DNA from: the human T2T-CHM13v2.0 reference genome, Homo sapiens
Strand: one strand, 5' to 3'
DNA length: 64,000 bases
NCBI RefSeq assembly: GCF_009914755.1
Contig: NC_060936.1
Shown here: in pieces, positions 1-11,660 of the stretch
Layout of the letters: each line of letters begins with the position of its first letter
Numbering within the stretch: the stretch's first letter is position 1
Program-made: the position numbers and the translations under genes
Notes under the pieces: generated by a model
What the model was told of the DNA's origin: nothing
The model's input: the letters and a program-made list of their open reading frames with translations, nothing else
Database searches by the model: none

Positions 1-355
1 CTGCACATATACATCCAGATGGCCTGAAGTAACTGAAGAATGACAAAAGAAGTGAAAATGGTCGGTTCCTGCCTTAACTGATGACATTACCTTGTGAAAT
101 TCCTTCTCCTGGCTCATCCTGGTTCAAAAGCTCCCCCACTGAGCACCTTGTGACCCCCACACCTGCCAGCCAGAGAATAACTCCCTTTTACTATACTTTT
201 CCACTACCTACCCAAATCCTATAAAACGGTCTCACCCCTATCTCCCTTTGCTGACTCTCTTTTCAGACTCAGCCCGCCTGCACCCAGGTGATTAAAAAGG
301 TTTATTGCTCACACAAAGCCTGTTTGGTGATCTCTTCACACGGATGCAGGTGAAA
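1..355 (+). mobile_element. HERV-H 5' LTR (first ~22 bp lie outside the window)
   Basis: Colinear without gaps with 5454-5808; TATAAAA at 220-226; ATTAAA poly(A) signal; ends ...GTGAAA just before the PBS. Confidence 0.97.
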
Positions 356-357
356 TT

Positions 358-375
358 TGGTGCCATGACTCGGAT
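358..375 (+). promoter_or_regulatory. Primer binding site, tRNA-His
   Basis: TGGTGCCATGACTCGGAT, one mismatch from the HERV-H PBS TGGTGCCGTGACTCGGAT. Confidence 0.95.
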
Positions 376-986
376 CAGGGGACCTCCCTTGGGAGATCAA
401 TACCCTGTCCTCCTGCTCTTTGCTCCATGAGAAAGGTGCACCTACAACATCGGGTCCTCAGACCAACCAGCCCAAGGAACATCTCACCAATTTTAAATCA
501 TGTAAGCGGCCTCTTTTTACTCTCTTCTCCAACCTCTCTCACTATCCCTCAACCCCTTTCTCCTTTCAATCTTGGTGCCATCCTTCAATCTCTCCCTTCT
601 CTTAATTTCAATTCTTTTCCTTTTCTGGTAGAGACAGAGGAGATGTGTTTTATCCACGACCCCAAAACTCCGGTGCTGGTCATGAACTCAGGAAAACAGT
701 CTTCCCTTGGTGTTTAATCACTGCAAGGATGGCTGCTTGATTATTCACCCACGTTTCAGAGGTGTCTGATCACCGCGGGGATGCCTGCCTTGATCCTTCA
801 CCCTTAGCGGCAAGCACTGCTTTTCTGGGGGCAAGCAGCCCCCACCCTTTCTCTCCGTGTCTCTACCCCTTTTCCACTTCCCTGGGAGGCAAGCACCTCC
901 CACCCTTCTCCACTTTCCTTGGGGGCAAGCACCCCCCACCCCTTCTCTCCATGTCCTCTCTTTTCTCTGGGCTTGCCTCCTTCACT

Positions 987-2603
987 ATGGGCAAACTTCC
1001 ACCCTCCATTCCTCCCTCTTCTCCCTTAGCCTGTGTTCTCAAAAACTTAAAACCTCTTCAACTCACACCTGACCTAAAACCTAAATGCCTTATTTTCTTC
1101 TGCAACACCGCTTGGCCCCAATACAAACTTGATAATGGCTCTAAATGGCCAGAAAACTGCATTTTCAGTTTCTCCATCCTACAAGACCTAGATAATTTTT
1201 GTCAAAAAATGGGCAAATGGTCTGAGGTGCCTTACATCCAGACATTTTTCACACTTCGTTCCCTCCCTAGTCTCTGTTCCCAATGCAATTCCTCCCAAAT
1301 CATCCTTGTTTCCCTCCCGCCTGTCCCCTCAGTCCCAACCTCAAGCATCGCTGAGTCTTTCCAATCTTCCTTTTCTACAGACCCATCTGACCTCTCTCCT
1401 CCTCCCCAGGCTGCTCCTCACCAGGCCAAGCCAGGTCCCAGTTCTTCCTCAGCCTCTGCTCCTCCACCCTATAATCTTTCTATCACCTCCCCTCCTTACA
1501 CCTGGTCTGGCTTACGGTTTAGTTCTGTGACTAGCTCTCCCCAACCTGCCCAACAATTTCCTCTTAGAGAGGTGGCTGGAGCTGAAGGCATAGTCAGGGT
1601 ACATGTGCCTTTTTCTCTATCGGACCTCTCTCAGATCAGTCAGCGTTTAGGATCTTTCTCATCAGGCCCTACTAAATATATACATGAATTCCAATATCTA
1701 ACTCTGTCCTACAATTTAACCTGGAGTGACTTAAATGTCATCCTAACTTTTATCCTCCCACTAGATGAATGGGAAAGAGTTTTTTCTCTGGCCCAATCTC
1801 ACACTGACAACTGTCGGCTCCACAAGCCAGACCTCCAGGAAGGCATTAGAGAAGTTCCCCAAGAGGATCCCCAATGGAACTATCAGGAAAATTCCCCAGG
1901 TATAGCTAGGCGAGATTACATGATTTCCTGCCTAGTTGAAGGGCTTAAAAAGGCAGCTTACAAAGCTATTAATTATGACAAGCTTAAAGAAACTACCCAA
2001 GGTACAGACAAAAACCCAGCCCAGTCCATGGCTTGTTTGGCAGCAACCATGAGACACTTTGCAGCCCTAGACCCTGAAGGGTCAGAAGGCTGTCTCATTC
2101 TAAATATGCATTTTATCACCCAGTCAGCTCCTGACATTAGAAAAGAACTTCAAAAATTAGAATCCGGCCCTCAAACCCCACAATAGGAATTAATCAACCT
2201 CGCCTTCAAGATGTACAGTAATAGAGAGGAGACAGGCAGATGGCAACGCATTTCTGAGTTACAATTACTTGCCTCTGCTGTGAGACAAAACCCAGCCGCA
2301 CCTCCAGCACACAAGAACTTCAAAATGCCTAAGCTGCACATGCCTAAGCCACAGCAGTCAAGCATTCCTACAGGACTTCCTCCATCAGGATCTTGCTTCA
2401 AGTGCCAGAAATCTGGCCACTGGGCCAAGGAATGCCTGCAGCCTGGGATTCCTCCCAAGCTGTGTCCCATCTGTGCAGGGACCCACTGGAAATCAGACTG
2501 CCCAGCTCACCCAGCAGCCACTCCTAGAGCTGCTAAAGCTCTAGGCCAAGGCTCTCTGACTGACTCCTTCCCAGATCTGCTCAGCTTAGCGGCTGAAGAC
2601 TGA
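987..2603 (+). pseudogene. gag: HERV-H gag (MA-CA-NC) with a single in-frame TAG at 2184-2186
   Basis: Starts MGKLPPSIPPSSPLACVLKNL; PPPY late motif; ORFs 762-2186 and 2211-2603 share one frame; two CCHC knuckles CFKCQKSGHWAKEC and CPICAGTHWKSDC; ends LAAED*. Confidence 0.93.
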
Positions 2604-2670
2604 CGCTGCCCAATCACCTCAGAAACCCCCTGGACCAACACGGACTCCGAGTTTCGGGTAATTCTCACAG

Positions 2671-4970
2671 TGGACTGACCCTGACACCCATCAGTCCCAG
2701 AAGCTTACCTGGGCTGTGCTGCCTCAAGGCTTCAGGGACAGCCCTCATTACTTCAGCCAAGCTCTTTCTCATCATTTACTTTCTTTCCACCCCTCCACTT
2801 CTCACCTTATTCAATATATTGATGACCTTCTACTTTGTAGCCCCTCCATTGAATCTTCCCAACAAGACACCCTCCTGCTCCTTCAACATTTATTCTCCAA
2901 AGGGTATCGGGTATCCCCCACCAAAGCTCAAATTTCTTCTCCATCCGTTACCTACCTCAGCATAATTCTTCATAAAAACACACATGCTCTCCCTACTGAT
3001 CACGTCCAACTGATCTCTCAAACCCCAACCCTTTCTACAAAACAACTCCTTTCCTTCCTAGGCATGGTTGGATACTTTCACCTTTGGATACCTGGTTTTG
3101 CCATCCTAACAAAACCATTATATAAACTCACAAAAGGAAACCTAGCTGACCCCATAGATCCTAAATCTTTTCCCCACTCCTCTTTCCGTTCCTTGAAGAC
3201 AGCTTTAGAGACTGCTCCCACGCTAGCTCTCCCTGACTCATCCCAATCCTTTTCATTACACACAGCCGCAGTGCAGGGCTGTGCAGCTGGAATTCTTACA
3301 CAAGGACCGGGACTGTACCCTGTAGCCTTTTTATCCAAACAACTTGACCTTACTGTTTTAGGCTGGCCATCATGTCTCCGTGCAGCGGCTGCCACCGCCC
3401 TAATACTTTTAGAAGACCCCAAAATCACAAACTATGCTCAACTCACTCTCTACAGCTCTCATAACTTCCAAAATCTATTTTCTTCCTCACACCTGACACA
3501 TATACTTTCTGCTCCCCGGCTCCTTCAGCTATACTCACTCTTTGTTGAGTCTCCCACAATTACCATTGTTCCTGGCCCAGACTTCAATCCAGCCTCCCAC
3601 ATTATTCCAGATACCACACCTGACCCCCATGACTGTATCTCTCTGATCCACCTGACTTTCACCCCATTTCCCCATATTTCCTTCTTTCCTGTTCCTCACC
3701 CTGATCACATTTGGTTTATTGATGGCAGCTCCACCAGGCCTAATCAGCACTCACCAGCAAAGGCAGGCTATGCTATAGTATCTTCCATGTCTATCATTGA
3801 GGCTACCACTCTGCCTCCCTCCACTACCTCTCAGCAAGCTGAACTCATTGCCTTAACTTGGGTCCTCACTCTTGCAAAGGGACTACACATCAATATTTAT
3901 ACTGACTCTAAATACACCTTCCATATCCTGCACTACCATGCTGTTATATGGGCAGAAAGAGGTTTCCTCACTATACAAGTGTCCTCCATCATTAATGCCT
4001 CTTTAATAAAAACTCTTCTCAAGGCTGCTTTACTTCCAAAGAAAGGTGGAGTCATTCACTGCAAGGGCCACCAAAAGGCATCAGATCCCATTGCTCTAGG
4101 CAATGCTTATGTTAATAAGGTAGCTAAAGAAGTAGCTAGCATTCCAACTTCTGTCCCTCATGGCCAGTTTTTCTCCTTCTCATCGGTCACTCCCACCTAC
4201 TCCCCCACTGAAACTTCCACCTATCAATCTCTTCCCACACAAGGCAAATATCTTAGACCAAGGAAAATATCTCCTTCCAGCCTCACAGGCCCATTCTATT
4301 CTGTCATGATTTCATAACCTCTTCCATGTTGGTTACAAGCTGCTAGCCCGTCTCTTAGAACCTCTCATTTTCTTTCCATCATGGAAATCTGTCCTCAAGG
4401 AAATCACTTCTCAGTGTTCCATCCGCTAGTCTACTGTCCCTCAGGTATTGTTCAGGCCCCCTCCCTTCCGTACACATCAAGCTTGGGGATTTGCCCCCGC
4501 TCAGGACTGGCAAATTGACTTTACTCACATGTCCTGAGTCATGAAACTAAAATACCTCTTGGTCTGGGTAGACACTTTCACTGGATGGGTAGAGGCCTTT
4601 CCCACAGGGTCTGAGAAGGCCACCGTGGTCATTTCATCCCTTCTGTCAGACATAATTCCTCAGTTTGGCCTTCCCACCTCTGTACAGTCTGGTAACGGAC
4701 CGGCCTTTACTAGTCAAATTACCCAAGCAGTTTCTCAGGCTCTTGGTATTCAGTGGAACCTTCATACCCCTTACCATCCTCAATCTTCAGGAAAAGTAAA
4801 ACAGACTAATGGTCTTTTAAAAACACATCTCACCAAGCTCAGCCTCCAACTTAAAAAGGACTGGACAATACTTTTACCACTTGCCCTTCTCAGAATTCGG
4901 GCCTGTCTTCAGGATGCTATAGGTTACAGCCCATTTGAGCTTCTGTATGGACACTCCTTTTTATTAGGCC
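2671..4970 (+). pseudogene. pol: HERV-H pol remnant: RT C-terminal half, connection, RNase H and a defective integrase
   Basis: LPQGFRDSP and YIDD (RT); WFIDGSS and IYTDSKY (RNase H); frameshift near 4250; integrase WVDTF...VQSGNGPAF...GKVKQTN with the second D and the E of D,D(35)E substituted, plus stops. Confidence 0.93.
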
Positions 4971-5003
4971 ACCAGCCCACTTGAACTGCACCCCAAAAAC
5001 TTG

Positions 5004-5270
5004 GATAGAGCCTAAAAACTCACCAACCAAGCAAGCAATTACGCTAAGCCCCCTCGGGCACTCTCTAATTGGATGTCCTGGGTCCTCCCAATTCTTAGTC
5101 CTTTAATACCTGTTTTTCTCCTTCTCTTATTTGGACCTTGTGTCTTCCGTTTAGTTTCTCAATTCATACAAAACTGCATTGAGGCCATCACCAATCATTC
5201 TATATGACAAATGCTCCTTTTAACAACCCCACAATATCGCCTCTTACCACAAAATCTTCCTTCAGCTTAA
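5004..5270 (+). pseudogene. env: HERV-H env remnant (TM C-terminus only)
   Basis: Translates to SNWMSWVLPILSPLIPVFLLLLFGPCVFRLVSQFIQ..., the gammaretroviral TM anchor with FGPC; SU and most of TM are missing. Confidence 0.88.
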
Positions 5271-5431
5271 TCTCTCCCACTCTAGGTTCCCATGCTGCCC
5301 CTAATCCCGCTCGAAGCAGCCCTGAGAAACATCACCCATTATCTCTCCATACCACTGCCAAAACTTTTCACTGCCCCAACACTTTACCACTATTTCATTT
5401 TATTTTTCTTATTAATATAAGAAGACAGGAA

Positions 5432-5808
5432 TGTCAGGCCTCTGGGCCCAAGCCTGCACGTATACATCCAGATGGCCTGAAGTAACTGAAGAATGACAAA
5501 AGAAGTGAAAATAGCCAGTTCCTGCCTTAACTGATGACATTACCTTGTGAAACATCTTCTCCTGGCTCATCCTGGCTCGAAAGCTCACCCACTGAGCACC
5601 TTGTGACCCTGACCCCTGCTAGCCAGAGAACAACCCCCTTTGACTGTAATTTTCCACTACCTACCCAAATCCTATAAAATGGCCCCACCCCTATCTCCCT
5701 TTGCTGACTCTCTTTTCGGACTCAGCCTGCCTGCACCCAGGTGATTAAAAAGCTTTATTGCTCACGCAAAGCCTGTTTGGTGGTCTCTTCACATGGATGC
5801 GCATGAAA
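5432..5808 (+). mobile_element. HERV-H 3' LTR (LTR7 family, short 377-bp form)
   Basis: Begins TGTCAGGCCTCT after the PPT; TATAAAA at 5673-5679 followed by GGCCCCACCCC; ends GCATGAAA. Confidence 0.97.
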
Positions 5809-5992
5809 CCTGCCTTACTTGTAAAAGCCCTCAGTTATGTTCAAAGGCAAGTCAGATTTGAAGAACTGTCTTTCCTGCCCTCTCACTTTGACCAAATCAA
5901 ATAAACCATTCTCTGCTTTTAAGCACTGATTTGTCAGTGTTTGGCTTACTGCACCTCAGATACACAAAACTAAATTTGAGGGTTCAATAGCA
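5809..5992 (+). mobile_element. 3' part of an older LTR-like element interrupted by HERV-H
   Basis: AATAAA at ~5900, U5-like GT-rich stretch, terminates GGGTTCAATAGCA; family not determined. Confidence 0.45.
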
Positions 5993-7474
5993 ACTGTATA
6001 AAATACTGTAGACTGTAGGCAACTGTAACACAATGATAAGTATTTGTGTATCCAAACATATCTAAATGTGGAAAAGGTGTTGTAAACAAAAGATTTAAAA
6101 AATGGTACCCCTGTATATGGCACTTACCATGAATGGAGCTTGCAGGACTGGAAGTTGCTCTGGGTGAGTCAGTGAGTGAGTGGTGTGACAATGTGAAGGC
6201 CTAGGCCATTATTCTATACTACTGTCGACTTTATAAACACTGTACAGTTAGGCTATGCCAAATTTATTTTAAGAAGCTTTTTCTTCAATAATTAATTAAC
6301 CTTAGCTTACTGTAACTTTTACACTTTATAAACTTTAAATTTTTAAGCTTTTTGACTCTTGTAATAACACTTAAAATAGAAACATTGTACAGATGTACAG
6401 AAATATTTTTTCTTTATATTCTTATCCTATAAGCTTTTTTCTATTTATAAAATTTTCTATTTTCTTGTTTTTTCTACTTTTAAAACTGTTTAATGAAAAA
6501 ATAGACAATCCCATCAAAAAGTGGACAAAGGATATGAACAGACACTTCTCAAAATAAGACATTTATGCAGCCAACAAACATATGAAGAAAAGCTCATCAT
6601 AACTGGTCATTAGAGAAATGCAAATCAAAGCCATATTGAGATACCATCTCAAGCCAGTTAGAATGGCAATCATTAAAAAGTCAGGAAACAACAGATGCTG
6701 GACAGAATGTGGAGAAATAGGAACACTTTTACACTGTTGATGGGAGTATAAATTAATTCAACCACTGTGGAAGACAATGTGGCAATTCCTCAAGTATCTA
6801 GAACTAGAAATACCATTTGACCCAGCAATCCAATTACTGAGTGTATACCCAAAGGATTATAAATCATTCTACTATAAAGACTCATGCACATGTATGTTTA
6901 CTGTGGCACTGTTCACAATAGCAAAGGCTTGGAACCAACCCAAATGCCCATCAAAGATAGACTGGATAAAGAAAATGTGGCATATATACACCATAGAATA
7001 CTATGCAGCCATAAAAAAGGATGAGTTCATATCCTTTGCAGGGACATGGATGAAGCTGGACACCATCATTCTCAGTAAACTTACACAGGAACAGAAAACC
7101 AAACACTGTATGTTCTCACTCATAAGTGGGAGTTGAACAATGAGGACATATGGACACAGGGAGGGCACACAGTGAGGGGAACACAGGGAGGAGAACACTG
7201 AGGCCTGTGGTTGGTGGGGGGCTAGGGGAGGGATAGCATTAGGAGAAATACCTAATGGAGATGACGGGTTGATGGGTGCAGCAAACCACCATGGCACGTG
7301 TATACCTATGTAACAAACCTGCACGTTCTGCACATGTACCCCAGAACTTAAAGTATGTATATATAAACTAAGACAAAAACGCACCTATTAGCCTAGGCTT
7401 ACACAGGGTCATGATCAAGACATCATTAGGTGGATAAAAATTTTTCAGCTCCATTATGGTCTGGGGGGACCATC

Positions 7475-7476
<2 letters not shown>
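5993..7476. mobile_element. Tigger3-type DNA transposon, split by an L1 insertion (~6502-7360)
   Basis: GGCACTTACCATGAATGGAGCTTGCAGGACTGGAAGTTGCTCTGGGTGAGTCAGTGAG core; resumes at ~7365 with ATTAGCCTAGGCTTACACAGGGTCA...TTTTTCAGCTCCATTA. Confidence 0.8.
6502..7360 (+). mobile_element. L1PA 3' fragment (ORF2 end plus 3' UTR)
   Basis: ORF 6777-7136 (EIPFDPAI...WIKKMWHIYTIEYYAAIKK) is the L1 ORF2 C-terminus; 3' UTR ends CAGAACTTAAAGTAT. Confidence 0.95.

Positions 7477-7522
<46 letters not shown>
7477..7522. repeat. (TG)n(TA)n compound microsatellite
   Basis: Read directly; adjoins an Alu poly-T tail. Confidence 0.95.
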
Positions 7523-7816
<294 letters not shown>

Positions 7817-8639
7817 GTTCATCACTCACCAAAACTTTGTTATGCTGTCAGTGTTTACCTGTAATTGAATACTAAACATTTCCATTTTCTTTTCAAATGA
7901 CTTGAGTTCTTCATTTCTAAATTTTATTATGTGTTTAATATTAATACTATTTTATGTTTGCATATATCTTAAATTTCAAATCTACCAGCTAACTTTATCT
8001 TGCTAATTGTTTTTCAAAGACCATTTCTAATGTAACTTCAACCATGAAGCCTTTGTTAATGCCTCTGTTATAATCTTTTCCGCTTTAGAATACCTATAAC
8101 ACTTGAATTGTATTTCTGTTTTAGAACTTTTCTTGCTCTCTATAATTTACAATTATTTATATAATTATTTTATTTGCCTAACCCACAATAGGCTACAGTT
8201 TCTTCCAGGGTAGGGACCACATTTTCATCAGTTGTTGAGTTCACCATGCAGCCATGTACATTGTAGGTGTTTGACTCAGTGCAACCTAACCAAAATTACT
8301 GGCAACAGCATATGGTTCAATACTATAAAAGACAGATTAATTATTTTCAAAAAACAAGTAAGACATACTTCCTGCTTATAAAACATTCTGACCTTAAAAT
8401 TAAAATACATAAAATACATACTAATACACCAAAAGTATGAATGTGGGCTAAAATAGCTTTATGTATCTGCATAGAAAAAGAGGTAAAATTTTAAAGAATA
8501 AATAAGAAGCATAATCTATGAAAGGCAAATCTTAGATGCTATATTATGGTATAGATTAATGAGCTCTGCTATTTGCTAGTTTGTGTGACCTTGATAAAAT
8601 TGCATTGCCTTTTGGGGTCTCTGTAAAATAGACATAATT

Positions 8640-8679
8640 TTTTTTTATTTTACTTTAACTTCTGGGATACATGTGCAGA
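8640..8679 (-). mobile_element. 40-bp, extremely 5'-truncated L1PA 3' end inside a MIR
   Basis: T-tract plus TACTTTAACTTCTGGGATACATGTGCAGA, flanked by a 15-bp TSD AAAATAG(A/G)CATAATT at 8625-8639 and 8680-8694. Confidence 0.85.
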
Positions 8680-11329
8680 AAAATAGGCATAATTATGCTT
8701 ACTTTATTTAATTGTTGTGAGAAGAATAAGATTTCTGAAGCTCTTCAGACTCTAAGATGATACACAAACACAAGATGTTTTTCAATATATAGAAGATGCA
8801 GGTTCAGGAATAGATGGGAATGAAAAAGGGTGGCAAGTGTAAGGTCATACTGAAAGCTCTCAAAGTCACAGTAGTTTGGATTTGATGAAGTAGAAAGTAG
8901 AATGCATGTATATATGTTTATTAAATGAAATGACTTTATAAAAGTGGTCTTAAGATGCATAACCAAGAAGTAATCAGCAGGCAATGGTGATTGAGAGACC
9001 AGATCCAAGGAGACTGAGCTGGGAGATAGCTATAGGAATTTAGTCAGGAAATGATTGAAGCCTGACTAGGACAACGGTACACAGAATGCAGGAGAAGGAA
9101 AAGACCCAAAGACATTCTAGTGTAATATTGACTAAAACTTGATGAACAATTAGGTATACAATGGGCAAAGCCTAAAGATGAATAAAACTGAGAGACAAGG
9201 AAAATGCATGGTGGCACAAGTAATAGATGGAAAAGGAAAAGCGATGTAATCTCTTACGTTGGATACAAAGTTGGAAACAATGGCCAAAATCTAAAATTTG
9301 AGATCTAACCAAATTCCAGTACTGGAATCACACAGATTTTGGAGGAACTAGGTACCTTATTATCCAGAAAATTTGATCCAGCCCTCAACTTTCTGGATGG
9401 AAAAAATTCATTGTCTTAAGTGATAATATTCGCAGGAAGTACACCTGTCACAGACCACATTAGACCTGCCATTTTTTAATCTTGGAATTCTGCCTTTCTG
9501 ATATTACAGTCTGTTAAAAAGTCTCAATTACATAGATGGGATCAACCTTTATTTGGAAAATCGAAGTGAATTATTTATTGGATACCTAGAATTATTGTGA
9601 AAGTAATGAAATGCAAAACAGACAATCAAGGATTCTGCATGTGTTCACAAAGCGTTCAGAGTCTACAAATTAAAATACAGGTTCATAATTCTTTCCAGAT
9701 GCTATTAATGAGATGTGTTAATTCCAAAATCAGTTATATCTGTTTCCTGAATTAATTCTGGCCAAAACAGTTGGAATTTTAACAAAGAAGAAATTCACAT
9801 TCCTTTGAAGATCCAGTGTCTAGTGTAAGCCTCATTAATGTGAAAACCTACTAAATTAGAATGTAATCTTACCTCTCTTCCTTGTGCAGTAGCTGGGTTT
9901 CTGCTTCAGTTTCTTTGCTTAGCCTTCATGCTCTGAACTTTAGTATTTTGACTGTAAATTTAGGTTATGTTAGATCCTTTCCCTTCAACATAAGTTTATA
10001 CATATCCTGGCCTAGCCTGGCTGTACATTTACTTCAAGTGTATTATGTTACCTGGATTCCTCTTACTATTATTTATTCATCAGATTTAGTCATTATGTCC
10101 TTCAGCAAATACTTACTGAGCATCTAGTACATTCCATGTTGGCCCCCAATTACTTTTATCTGCCTGATTCAAGCCTAGTCCTTCTAACAACTCTACAATG
10201 AATTTCTTGCAACATCGTGATAGGAATAAAACCTATAGCCAAGTCTATTATTCACCTGTCGAATCTGGACTACTTCTTGTTTCTAATGCAATGCCTCAGC
10301 TCCTCATGGGCTCTTGTTGCCAAGATTCTAGCATGCACTGTGGCTGGGTCTGTCCAAGTCATTTATGACAGCAGGGATATTTACCTAATCAATAGATACA
10401 GATATAAGACCAAAATGGAAAACTCTCTAAGGAAATTAAAACAAGTGTGTAGTACCCTATGCTGTAACGTATACCTTTTGCAGTTTCCTCTATGAGCTTG
10501 CTGGGATGCAGTCTCACAACTCCATAGTGTTTCTTATGTTCTTCCACCTCCCACTTGGTTTCCAACCCCGATATTGATCCCTACTCACCTACCCATTCTA
10601 TCTTCATTCACATGATAAATGCAAACTTCTTTTCCGTGCTCAAGCTCTGGCCCAATTTGTTGCTTGCCATCTTCCCTTTTGTTTTTTGGCAGAGTAAATT
10701 ATTCCTGCCTCTGTGGAAGCTTGAAAAACACATGATTATAGAAGGGCTTCTTACCCAAATCTTCCCATTCTGGGCACTGCAATGTTAAATAAAATGGTCT
10801 AGATGGCCCTACCTATCTAAATATCAACCCTAAGAGAATACCTGAGCAACTAAAAAGATTGTTTAACTGTAAACCTTTTGAGGACAGCGAAATACTCAGT
10901 TAAGGGTGACAATCCATTCTATGGAATGAGAATTTTATATATATATACATATAATATTTGTAATATATATGTACACATGTATGTAATTGTATGTATTATA
11001 TACATAAAACATAGTATAATTATGTAAAATCATTATTTTTTAAAAGCTCTACATGCAGGCAGGCTATGAGAGTAATCCTGTTAATCCTCATTAAGGAGTG
11101 GTGAAAACCTTTAGTGTAATATGGCACCAATCCCGCTGGGATACCTACTTTTTTGTTGTTGCTGTCAAAGTAAACACTGGTCTTCTACTGTGTATCCCAC
11201 ACAGTTCTAACTTTCTGAAACTCTGTTCACAGATGTTCTTTTATTTTTTTAATCACAGCATCCTTATCCTCAAAGTTCTCTTTGAAAATTACTGAATTTT
11301 AATAATAAATACCTAATCTGGGGCAGAGA

Positions 11330-11660
11330 CAAGTTGGATACTTACCAAACCCATGTTGTCTTTCTACTTGATTTCCAGTGGAATGCAAGTAGTAGCCACA
11401 CTCATAAAAACCTTCTTCTCCATGCTCCCCTTAAGTGCCTGGAAGAAATATGATCCTAAGGACCACCTTATGATCCATGGGTTAAATATGATGGAGTCAC
11501 AAGGAAAAAGAGCCTAGGTTTCTACATCATTGTTGGAGGAGAGCTACCTGCCCATCTGGAACACTTGCTCGGGCATCATGAGATAGAAAAGTAAACTTCT
11601 AGAATAATCCACTGAAATTTGGAGTTATATCTATTTTAACAGCAAGTATGTTCTTAAACT
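11330..11660 (+). mobile_element. Old MLT1 (ERVL-MaLR) LTR remnant
   Basis: GATGGAGTCACAAGG...AAACTTCT...CCACTGAAATTTGGAGTT...TTAACAGCA pattern typical of MLT1 3' ends. Confidence 0.55.

Larger units (their letters stand above)
1..5808 (+). mobile_element. HERV-H endogenous retrovirus provirus (LTR7-type LTRs), internally deleted
   Basis: Direct-repeat LTRs at 1-355 and 5432-5808, PBS complementary to tRNA-His, gag-pol-env remnants in order, polypurine tract AAGAAGACAGGAA just before the 3' LTR. Confidence 0.98.

Noticed and set aside
2716-4317. 533-aa ORF as a functional reverse transcriptase
   Set aside because: RT N-terminus including the first catalytic Asp is deleted, the start is GTG, it is out of frame with gag, and no protease remains
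4541-4984. Integrase ORF as active
   Set aside because: Second D is G (QSGNG), E is K (GKVKQ), and the N-terminal domain is cut off by stops
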